Of a DNA stretch of 64,000 nt, positions 1 through 11,400 are shown one piece after another. The translations under genes and the position numbers were made by a program. Under the pieces are notes generated by a model. That model was not told where the DNA came from. It saw only the letters and a program-made list of their open reading frames with translations, and ran no database searches. Within the stretch, counting starts at the first letter, position 1, and every line of letters begins with the position of its first letter. Where the stretch lies: contig BDGG01000005.1 of assembly GCA_001949185.1 (NCBI GenBank), positions 124,001 to 188,000 of the forward strand, read 5' to 3'. This DNA is from Ramazzottius varieornatus. Its lineage: Eukaryota; Animalia; Tardigrada.

Positions 1-75
1 ATATCAGTTTGAAACAAGGAAGAGGTCCAACCATGCATAACATATTTATGCACCAGAAAATCGAATACACAACTT

Positions 76-3000
76 TTAAATCTGACCGGCGAATTCGGCC
101 GTATCTTCGCCCTGTTGCATTTCTCTCTTGTTTTGGTTGTTGTAAATACGAACAACGTCTTTCCAGTCGATGACGTCCACGATTTCCTTCACGGCCGTGG
201 GTTTCCCAGCTGCAAAGCGAGACAGTATCAGGTACGCAAACGTTACTTCGAGGACGTTTGCGCGTTACTCACTGGATAGGTTTGATGACAGTCGGGAACT
301 AGTTCGTCTGTCCAATCCTGAAGCTGTACGGGAAGTTGATGCGGACACGATGGCGCTGGAGTCGCAATCTGGAACATTCACAAAACGTTTGCAAGAGTGT
401 CTCATCACCATCGTCTTGGTTCTTCAGCACTTACATTTGCTATACAGGTATCTAACCCCGTTCACAGCGTACGACACGAGGTTGAGTGGCGCCGGCGTTC
501 CTTCTGAGATACTCAGGCCGAAAATCAGTCTAGCTCGGCCATACCGCCATTCCGTGTCCGAAGAGCGCTTGATCCGTTCGTAACTGTCCACCATCATGGC
601 AATGAAGAGCTTCAACAGTACGACCCAAACCACTAAACGAAAGACGGGAAACATGATTGTGGTATATGCCTCTGTAAAGAGGCCAAACCTTACGTACCGA
701 ACAAGTACACACCGACCAGAATGCGCAGCCAGACATTGCCCGCATTAGGTATCTGATCTTGGAGCGGCAGTGGATGCAAACTCCGGTAACTTTCTTCGGT
801 TGGATTTTCCATAGGATCGATCAGCTGAAACAGAAAAGCCAGTCAGCTGTATTCGGACCATTCCGTTTGTGCGCCTTTCTGCAAGACCTCACCATCCAAA
901 TTCCCCAGATCATGTATTCGAGGCTGACCACGGGGTCTCCCACGCGATTCCTGAAGCAAGCACGAAACGCTACGTTATCTAGTTGACAAAGCCGAAGAAT
1001 CAGCGCTTTCTTCATTGGCTTACAGTATTGGACCCGGCCCAGGATAGACAAAATGAGCTTCCGGCCAGAAACCATTGTCCTCGTGCTCCTCCCCTCCTCC
1101 ATGCTCTCCTGCACCTCCATGACTACCTTCATGACCACCACCGTGCCCCCCTTGTCCGTGTTCTGCCTGACCACTGTGGCCTGACGCGGTACCATGCCCC
1201 GCATCTTCAGCGCCATGAGATGGGTTTTCAGACCCGTGCGCTGCTGGCTCATGGTTCGGTTCTTGATGGCCTGCCTTCACCGGACTAACATGTCCTGTCG
1301 AAGGGTGCGCCGCAATCGTTCCGTGACTTCCGGACTGCGGAGCACTGTGTGATACCTGGCGCTTCGGTCGCTTGTGATGGGCTTGTGCCTCGTCAGTCGC
1401 GGTGGCACCAGGTGGGCTACCGACCAGACCATCCTCAGCGGACAGGCGGCTTGTATCCCGAGCTACACTGGCTCGACCGTGGGGTTCCTGGTGTGACGCT
1501 GCTAATGCGGGTCCGTGCTGGCTGGTAGCAGCAGTCGTAGCATCGAAGAGAAGCGGACCTCCATGATGCCGATGTGCCACCTGACCGGCCTTGTACACCT
1601 CGCTGTACAGTGCGGAAAATGCAAAGGTAAAGCCGAGCAAGAAACAACCCAGAAGTACGAGGAAGGTAATCAGGTCTCGGAAGATTTCACCAATCACAAT
1701 ACTCAGCGGACCGAAAAGTCGATGAAACGCCATGTACCTACGTACAAAAATTGGTTGGACGGAAGACTCACTTCATTTTTTTGTAAGCGAGAGAATCGTA
1801 CTTACGACAAAAGTTGGATATGCGAAAGTAGGGACGCAGTCGCGAAGAACTGTGCTCGGATGTACAACAGCGTGACTTGGGTACTGTTGGGGAAGGGGAT
1901 GGCACTTATCTGAATGATGAATCCAATCACACAGAGAATAATCACAAATAACTGTAACCGCCCAAATCCAGTCCGCTCTTCCTTCCTGGTGAACTCGTGA
2001 AGAACCAACCCAACTAGCCATACGATGAGAATCCATTCTTGAACGTTCGGCGCCATACTTTTCCCTGGAAGAAGAAACCGTGCGAGCATCGAATAGCGCT
2101 TAGATGAAAAAGACTGCGAATGCCCTCACTTTCGTAGAGTCGTTCGTTGGGAGTAAGGAAAGTGAACACTAGAAGGACGATGAAGAGGATACTGCCAGCC
2201 AGGTTTGACAGTAAGCGAAAAAGCGGGATATGCTTGAACCGGTGTTTGAACGGTAAATTGTAGGTGATCCATGTAGGTGGAAGCACCAGAAACATTATGA
2301 TGATAAAGAAGGTCTGAAGATCGCTCAGTTCGAGTCCACCTTTCCACAGGTTCATTATGTGCTTTTGGACGTCGGTCAGCGAAGCTACGACCTTGTGTTG
2401 TCCGTCAAGTATCAAATCCAGGAGCGTCTCCCCCTTGCTATCTACGCTCTGGAAGATGACTTCCGGGTGCTTCGTTCGACTGCAGGCTAGTGTCAGTAGA
2501 CGGTTGGCCAGTGTCTCGCAGTACCGGGCGGCGTACTCCAGATCCAGGGCACGAGCTCGGTCGTGGACAGCCATAGTACGGTAGAAAGAAGTAAGCTGCA
2601 AAGCGGCCTCGACTGGCGAGTTGGTATTCACTACGAAAGTCTCCAACGGAAGTTGATCTATAAAGTAAGCACGACATGACTAACCAATGATCCTTGTCTT
2701 GCTTCCTAGGATCTTACTCCACTCTGGACTCACTCAAGGGTTTAGCGCACTGCATCAGGTTGACCAGGAATGTGTGATCTTGAATCAGCTGCTCGAAGTT
2801 TAGCCGAGTGCTGAAAAGGTAGTTCAGGATGCCGATATTTCCCGAGCTAGCTGCAAAGGCCAGCGGACTCTTGTCGTCATTTGACAAGATCTGCGGATCA
2901 GCCCCTTGTTCGACCAGTGCTTTGACGACGTCAAGGTGAGAGTTCGCCGCAGCGTGATGAACAGCAGACCAGCCAAGCTACGAAAAAACCCAAGCGGTAT

Positions 3001-6000
3001 CTAACAAACTGTATAACAGAGCGTCGAATCGTTCACCTTGAATCTTACCGCGTCCACGGCGTTGATATCGATGCCTTGAGAAATCAAGTAAAGACAGAGG
3101 TCCTTTTTTCCATGGGCGGCGGCCACCAGCATGGCGTTTCGGCCTCGCTTGTCCACGGAGGATAAACATGCTTCCGACTTGGCAATAAGAAGGACCGCAG
3201 GGGGAATAGATCCGCCTAGCGCCACCTAGTGTAGAACCAGAAAGATTAGGAGAAGCCGGAAAAAACGTTATGTGTGCATGCAGTTTACCTAATTATCGGC
3301 CGGGATAAAATTACCGGCCACCGGCTGAGAGCGGCAGTGCGTCGATTGATTAGCTTGATTATCAGCTTCAGCTGGCAGATGCCGCTTTCGGGCAGTGGTC
3401 GATAACACCGCCTGAATACCTGGTAAACTGCGTGTACCAGGTATTCAGGCGGTGAAAGGTGGGACAAACCATGTGAAGTGGTGTGTATCCAGTTATTTCT
3501 CCTCTGGCTTCCAGTTCCACTTGCGGATAATTGAGCAAGAGCCGTACGACGTTATCATGTCCCGCTTTGGCCGCGAAATGGACCGCCGTCAAGCCAGCCT
3601 CGGTTTCCGTGAGTCTGACTGTCGCCGTTTCCACGGTTGGCTTGGCGGTTTTCTCGCCGGGAGCCACCTTTGTCAAGAGCTCCTGAACGGTCTCCGCCTC
3701 TCCCCAAAATGCAGCCTGAAAAGAGAAGCATACTAACCTCGATCGTTTCACCCAGAACCTTTGATATTTCGACAGAAGTAAGTTCGAGAAAGTACAGACC
3801 AGATGCAAAGCAGTCAGGCCGGTCTTGATACTGCGCCCGTTCCATGACACCCGATCCTGCAGGACGTCGAGGACCGTTAAGTGACCATTCTTAGCTAGAA
3901 GAAAAAAACGAAAAGATGCTACCATGGTCGTAATTTGTTTTGGTGCCTTCAGAGGCCTCGACAAAAAGCCTACCGGCGTGCATCACAGCATTCATGCCGT
4001 CCTTGTCCTCATCAGAAACTGACGCACCTGCGTCAACGAGTTTACCGAGAACCTCTCCGTGACCCTCTGCGGCAGCGAAATGGACCACCTTCATTTCCGT
4101 TGACTACACAGACTCAAACACAAACTCATTTACAAGACAGCCTGTCTCCTTACAACATTGATTTGAGTTCTGTACCTCGACTTGCGAAGATATGACCTGG
4201 AGAGGAAAGCGCTCGAGAAGAAGATCCATGACTTGCGCCGCGCCGTTCTTGGCTGCCAGATGCGCCACATTCAGGCCTTGCTGTAACATAGATTAGTTCT
4301 TTGTGGACCCAAGATACTTTCCCTCGAAACTCGAAAAGCTGAGACATATTGAGACATACGCTTACCGAATCGACTCGCATCAGCGGATTGCTGGAATCCG
4401 AGTTGAGAACCAAGGCGACAACATCCACGCTGTCAAGCGCAGTCGCCAGAAACAGCGGTGTTTGCCCATTCTGGAGGATCAACCAGCCGTCATCAACGAT
4501 GAAATCGAGAACATGAGTACTTTCATCTCTTTTCACATAACCCAAAAACCTCATACTTGATCCTGAATATTGGGATCAGCGCCAAGCTGCAACAACAGCT
4601 GAAATATGGCTGGTTGCTTGTATTTGGCGGCCAAATGCAGGGGTGTTTGCCGCAGCATTGACATGACATCGACGGCTGCATGATGCTTTTCCACCAGCAA
4701 ATGGATCATCTCCGTGTGACCCTTCATGGTTGCCAGATGCAGAGCACTAAAGCCACTCCTAGTCTTGCTGTTGACGAATGCTTTAGATCGCAACAGAAGG
4801 TCCAAGATTTCAACAAAACCGTTCTCAGCCGCGATATGCAGCGCAGCTTTCCCTTGCTAGAGAAAACGACCAGAGGGATTATATTTGCGATCTGCTGAGT
4901 CTACACAAACAAACTCGACAGGCTCGTTTTTCCAACTGGCGCACGCACTCAGCTGAACACACTGAAAAGGTGCGCCACCTGGGAAAATACTCATGTCGAG
5001 AGCTCTCGTTGCAGAGAAACAGTGCGCCGAAAACAGCATAACTATTCACAGTATTCCGCGGGATATGTGATGCTCACTCACGTCGTCAAACACGTCGATT
5101 CTGGCGTTGTTCTTCAGTAAGAGCTTGACCGTCTCATGCAGTCCCATATCGGTAGCAGCATGTACCGCCGTCCACCCGATCTTTGACTGTCTCCCCAGCG
5201 CGTACTGTATTTTGGCAGGCGGAAGTGCTGTGAAAATGTCCTTCAACGCAGGATTGTTCCCCGCCCTCGCAGCGTACATCAGTGGCGTCTCGTAAGTCAG
5301 CTTTGTTTGCAGGTGGACTTCTCCACCATACCGCAACATCAGCAGCATCATGTCCCGACTGGATCTGCCATTATCCTCAACCGGTGAAATGAGCTCCGCA
5401 GCGTAGTGAACACATGTTTCGCCTTCTAGGTTCTGCAGGTTGACAATGGTGGCTGGGACATCGGCGCCGTGCTTCACAGCGATGTATTCCAAAAGGGTTC
5501 GACACAGCTCGTAGTTGTTGGAACGCACGGCCCCATGGAGAGCTGTCTCGCCGTTGTCATTGGCCAGGCTGGCTTCCGCGCCATTTTTCATGAGAAGTGC
5601 GGCCATGTTGAGAGAACCAGCTCGACTGGCCACCATCAACGCCGTTTCCCCATTGGTCATCCTAGCGTTGACTTGGGCTCCGGACTTGATGAGAAGGTCG
5701 ACGCTTTGCTCGCTGTTGGGAACCCTAGATGCTATTATCAGTGGGGTTTCTCCCGCTTTACCGCCTGTATGAAATAAAAGCGTCCAATAAGTCACCGGTC
5801 TTGAAGACCCGGTCTCTGATTAGCGGCATGCTCTGGTACCTTTGATATGAACCGAAGCTCCATCACCTATCAGCACTTCCACACAGCGAAACTTGCCATA
5901 TTCGACTGGAAAGAAACGTAGCTGTGCAAGTCCCAAATCCCAATCTAGCCATAGTGGACCACAGGTCGTGGGTTCCGGTATATAAATTACTTACTTGCTA

Positions 6001-8023
6001 TGTGCAGAGAAGTGTAGCCTACCAGAGGAAAGAATGCGTCTGATACCACCAGTAGGACATGTCAGATAATTTCATACCGTCTTTTGTTTGTGCGTCGATC
6101 TTCGCTCCGCGTTTCAGGAGAGCTTTGACGACCCCTGCATGACCGGCTCGAGATGCCGCGTGAAGAGCCACCGCCCCGAACTTATTCGGCATGTGAAGGT
6201 AGACGCCGTGCGACAGCAGCAAGATGACGGTCTCCGGATGACCCGACAACGCTATGGAGGAAGAAACAGTTGATATCATTCTGGGAACCGCAACATGTTA
6301 GAAGGGGGAAGCGCGAAGTACCTGCCAAATGGCACAGTGTGCTTCCGTCCTGAAAGGAAGTTAGGAAACAGCGGGTGAACTATGGCAATCGTACGTATTG
6401 TGGAATAACATTACTTTTGTCCGATAGCGAATGGATTCTGGATAGGCAGAAATCAGCGACTCAATGATTTTATGGTCTCCTCTCTCGACAGCATCCGCAA
6501 TAGGCGATCGCTCGTACTGTAACAAATGATGACAGAATTGAAAGCACGAGCTGTATCCTGATGAGCTTCGAAGCCATCGGTACTTACTCGGTCTAGCAGC
6601 ATCGTGTCAGCCGATCTTGCTCTGAGGTACTCCACCGCTTCGCTGTTTCCGTGGAGCACCGCCAAATGCAGGAGGGTTTGCTGGTCATTCTAAAACGTAA
6701 AATATACTCAGGAGAAAATACGGCGGCTTGATCTTGCAAAATCTAGGTTCGGAAGAGCTTACATTCTGGATGTTGGCTGGTGCGCCTTCTTCGAGCAGGA
6801 TGAAGAAAACGGTAGTCTGGTTCAAAGTCAAAGCATAGTGCGCCACGGTATCGTTCTTGTGAACAGGGTTCTGCAGAGCCAGCTGCTGATAAGAATGCTC
6901 TTTCAGGAGCTCTTTGATGACGGGAATGTTGACCGCTTGGACACCTCTCCACAGTGGCGTGAAACCATCCTGGAGGAATGTCAACAACAGACTTGATCAA
7001 AAGTACTGTAAAGAACGTAATGACGAGGGGGGGAGGTAGTCAAGGTACTGTAGTGCTCGCAGTTCAACGCGCACTCGACCACGTGAACAGTAAATAAGGC
7101 CCGGGTAAGAATCACAGAGACTACAGTGACAGCATCTGATCAGGCTGGGCAACGATGGTTCATCACGTGGTTGAGTGCGAGCGCACTACAGTCTCTCCCA
7201 TTACCGCGTCTTCCGTCAGTCGACCATCCTCTTGCGAATTTTCAAGAAGCAACTGAACCGTTGGTAAGGCTCCGTACTTTCGCATGCACGCCATGTGAAG
7301 AGGAAGTTGTGTCTTAACCTGAAAAACCGTCAACCTGGAAAGCTTCTGTATTTGGAACCGTTGTGCGGAAATCTTTGTATTGAAAAGGGTCTAAATGTAT
7401 ACCCCGCCCTGAACCATAGGATCTGCGCCATGCCGAAACAGATCGAGGATCATCTCCAACTTGCTGTGAGATGCAGCTATGTGTATAGCTGCCGTTCCAT
7501 CCTGCAACTCCGAAAAGAAGACCTGGCCATGTTGAGAACTTACCACCTTGACCGGATACGAATAAAAAAGCCCTACCGTACCGTGGCTTGTTTTAGAACA
7601 TCAGCTCCCAAGTTAATACACCGCTCGACCAGATTTCTCTTGTTGTGTTCGACAAGATGAAGCAAAAGAAAGTTTCCCGAACCATTCTGAAAAAAACAAC
7701 AAAATCTACGTCTGCTTGTACTTTGAAGTAAGTTGGGCAGGATAGAACGTAAGTACCTGGTCAGCATAGTTCAGAGCATTCCGGATGAATTCCGCGTTTC
7801 CGTCAGCGTGCAGGACAGATTTTTCGAAAAGCCGAATCGTTCGATCAACGAAGTCCCATCTCTGCGCACTAGCATTCGCTAGCAAGGCCGCACCAATATC
7901 AGGTTCATACACCCTACTAGCAAGCGGAATATCATCCACCACCAGCGAAAAATCAAGGAGATCCGGTGGTTCGATTTTCGGAGACTCAGGCGTAGTAAAA
8001 CCGAAGTCCTCCCTGAAAGCCAT
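76..8023 (-). CDS. nompC: NompC/TRPN-like mechanosensitive TRP channel, paralog 1 (multi-exon; divergent pore module)
   Basis: ATG at 8023 (MAFREDFGF). Manual splicing gives 29 ankyrin repeats (e.g. GETPLIIASR, RQTPLHLAAK, GLTAVHFAAK), linker helices (SPVEAALQLTSFY), S1-S6 segments (YMAFHRLFGPLSIVI), a TRP-box region (SDTEWRYGRARLI) and a last exon VIDWKDVVRIY...GQI with TAA at 78-76. Confidence 0.92.
3277..3454. repeat. Intronic nested inverted repeats including a perfect 20-bp hairpin
   Basis: CACCGCCTGAATACCTGGTA (3406-3425) is the exact reverse complement of 3435-3454. Older imperfect arms lie at 3277-3289/3422-3434 and 3315-3336/3380-3401. Confidence 0.9.
4914..5000. mobile_element. Palindromic MITE-like family A copy (TRPN1 intron)
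   Basis: TTTTCCAACTGGCGCAC...GTGCGCCACCTGGGAAAA, with outer arms CTCGACA/TGTCGAG. Confidence 0.75.
7047..7192. repeat. Intronic inverted-repeat element (TRPN1)
   Basis: ACTGTAGTGC...GCACTCGACCACGTGA pairs with TCACGTGGTTGAGTGC...GCACTACAGT. Confidence 0.7.
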
Positions 8024-8430
8024 GATTCTCTAAAACTAATGGCGGAGAAACCTTAGGACGCTTCCGAACGCTCTGGTGGGTCAACCGTCTTATTCGAGAT
8101 CGAGCTCGATTTCACAGTCAGAGCGAACTTCCTGTTACAGGTATGACGGACGCACTTTATCGACTGGATTTTCGGAAACGACTTACAGCACGCAAAGGTG
8201 AAGCATAGAGTGGAGTCACTTAGGCGGACAAAGAGTAAATATAGTCAATGACGAAAGCGAGGGTTTTTTCCCCGGATTTGGCACGCACAGACTTCGAGAA
8301 GCAAGCAGCACCGAACAATGGTCAGTAAAAGCACAAGGAGAAAGCGAGCGCAAATATTCATCGGGAAAGAGCGGAATGTAAGCGGAGACCTAAAAGTCAC
8401 CTTTACCGTCCTGCCCAATACTGCCGGAAC

Positions 8431-11400
8431 TCAAACATCGTCAAAATCCTCATAGCCCAACGCGATTTCCGCTTCATAGTCACGAAGGACGTTCTTCCAC
8501 GGAACCACCTCGGTCAGCTGCTTCGCTGGAGCGTTCCTCAATGACACGATCAGCGGTAGACTTCCCGCTGAAAAGAGAACCATTACTCTTTTCTTCATCG
8601 TTGCATGGCTGGGGCATGGGCAAATGAACTGAGCGAGATTGTTTTTCCAAGTGGCGCACACTCAACCAATAACATTCAAAACGAGAGCCATTTGTTAAAC
8701 GATCTGGTTTAGTTCATTTGCCCACGTCGCAATCTTCGTATTGACAACCCCGTTCTGCCGAAGTAAGAGCTCATTCACGGAGACGAGAAGACAGAGAAAT
8801 TTACCAGAGATGCCGCCAATGACACTCTTGCGGAACGATCGAAGTTTGTTCACCTGCTGCCCTTCCTTTTGCATCAGCAACTCCTCCGAGTTCGCAACAC
8901 TATTGCTTCTACGGTTGAAGCACACTGGAAGACAAAATTTTTCAATGCAGTGGTAAAAGTAGTAAATGTCTGCAGGAACTGAAGCCTCGTTATACTTTCA
9001 AATAACTTTAGAGCACCCGAGAGGAGGACGGAGAAGATGTTGATGGGTGGAGGACTGATGGGAGTCTTCTCCATGTTGAGGATGATTCTGGCCCGAATAA
9101 ATCTCCACTCCAGATCAGAACGCGCTTTCACACGTTGGTACGTATCCGACAGCATGGCAATCAGCAAGTTCACCAAAACTAAAGGTGCCACAAACAATAT
9201 TCAGCGTTCTGCATATACAGGAAGCCGGTAAACAATCTCGGGATAATCGTCATCTCAAGTAGCGCACGTTTCCAGCCAATGACAACGAAAACTTGCGCCA
9301 AATCATCAAGAGATTGTTTGTCGTGCTCCCATACAACCTCCAAAGATCGAAAACTTGCGAGATCTCACCAATCATGGTTGCAGTCAAGTAAATCCCGTAG
9401 ATGATGAGGATAACCTGCAGAGCGAATGGCGGACTCAGCTCCGGCTTCGGTATCTGGCCGAACGGGTCAATTAAGCCAAAGATTGCCCAGTAGAGGAGCT
9501 GAGCAGCGGTGAACGGGTCGACAACCTGCGAAACATCCGATGGTTCTTTCACTGTGTGTATCGAGTCTCCTAATGTCACCGTGTAACATACCATATTCAT
9601 GATGATGGCGCCATCGTAAACTTTTGCAGGATCAGCTGGGATATACGCCTCGTATAAAGTGGACAAACTGAAGGAAAAGCCGAGCCAGAACAAGGAGAAC
9701 AGCACCCAGAAGCGAGCGAGATCGACCACAATGTCGCTTATCATGATTCCGAAGGGTCCGAACAGCTGGTGGAAGGACAGGTACCTGACCACAAGAGAGC
9801 GAATTGCAAATAGAAGATGCATGAGACGCGGACAAATGGACCGAACCAGATCGTCATATCAAGCGACGCACGCTTTCATTGTTATTGGCCAACAGTATGC
9901 GCCACTTGGAGAAAACGATAACGTTCATGTCATTTGCCGAGGTCCCATATTCAGCTATCGAAAGGGGAAAAGACGTGTTTTACGATAGAATCTGGATATC
10001 GGCGAAGAAGCATGCGGTAGCCAGTAGCTGACTGCGTATGTAAAGCAAGATGACGCGGGTCTCCTTGTCGACTCCGGCAGCCGCAATGTGTACGGTAACC
10101 GCGACCCCGGCCAAGAAGAGCGTCACAATTCTGAGCGAGTCGAGACCTTGTCGTTTCTCCTGTGTGGATAACTCGGACATCAAGTTCCCGATAAGCCAGA
10201 GAATCAGTAGCCATTCCTCCGGAGTTGGCAGCAAGCTTGTACGAAGATAGAGCGGGCGAAAAGGCGTCATGAAAACCTACGACAGAGTCCATCAGTACTG
10301 CACACCACTTTCAAGGTGTACAACCAAAGCCTGACAGCAGAATAGTTCTTACCAGTATCATGATAATGATGTAATACATGTGACTTGTGAAATGAACAAC
10401 CATCTTGACGAAGGGAATCTCACTGATACGATGAGGAAGTGGCAAAGAACAGACGAGCCAGACGGGAGGAAGGAAGAGAACCGTTAAGAATGTCAGTATG
10501 ACTTGCCACTGCTTCAACTCCACCCCACCGTACCTACAGCCAAAAAACACGCTCTTCAAAAAACTTCAGAAAAAGGTTGGAATTCAGCGCGAGGAAATTT
10601 CTGGTGAAGGCTGAAGAGCCTGCCGTTCATTGATGTACGTAAGTCTATTTCAGGTAGATCGTGCTGTGTCGCACCCAAATATTGGTACTTTTCTGCGTTT
10701 ACTATACACGTGTATACTATAAACGTACAAATTATTGGCAGCGGCCCGAAGACGGAACGGATCAGCTAAAGTTGGTCGATCAAATAAATCAATTGAAGAC
10801 TACCGCTTTCGGCCGGCTACCAATCATTTTCTCCATGCCAACAACAGGCCCGGTTTTCGGGATATCACATACCATATGGTGGTCAGGTACCTCTGTACCG
10901 GATTCAATGCGACCGTCTCCTTGTGGCTCCCGGCCATCAGAGTGTCCATGAGTGGGACATCATCTTTATCGATGGCCCGAAGAACCTCCGCCGCGCTGTA
11001 CTTAGCGCAGCTGATGGTCAACAGTCGCTGTCCGATCTGCTCGCAGAACTTCGCGGCAAAGATGAGGTCTTTGGCGTTGAACTTGTCTCGCTCCGCCGTG
11101 TCAAGGTAGAAGCGGGACAGTTTCAACGACAGCTCCACCGGGGAACTGCAGTACTTGATGAAGACGAAGAGTGGTTTCTGGCTCTTGTTCTTGGCGGCGT
11201 GCATCAGGTCCATGAGGAACACCTGGTCGGTCATGAGGGAGAAACTGCTGAAATTCTGCTGGAGAAGGTACTCCATGACATCGATCAGACCAGTCCCTCG
11301 GAATCCATGATTGGCATGCACCGCGTGGACAGCATAGCAGAGGGGAATCTTCCCGTCGTTCGTAACAGCCACGGTGTCTCCACCGTTCTCACACAAAAGG

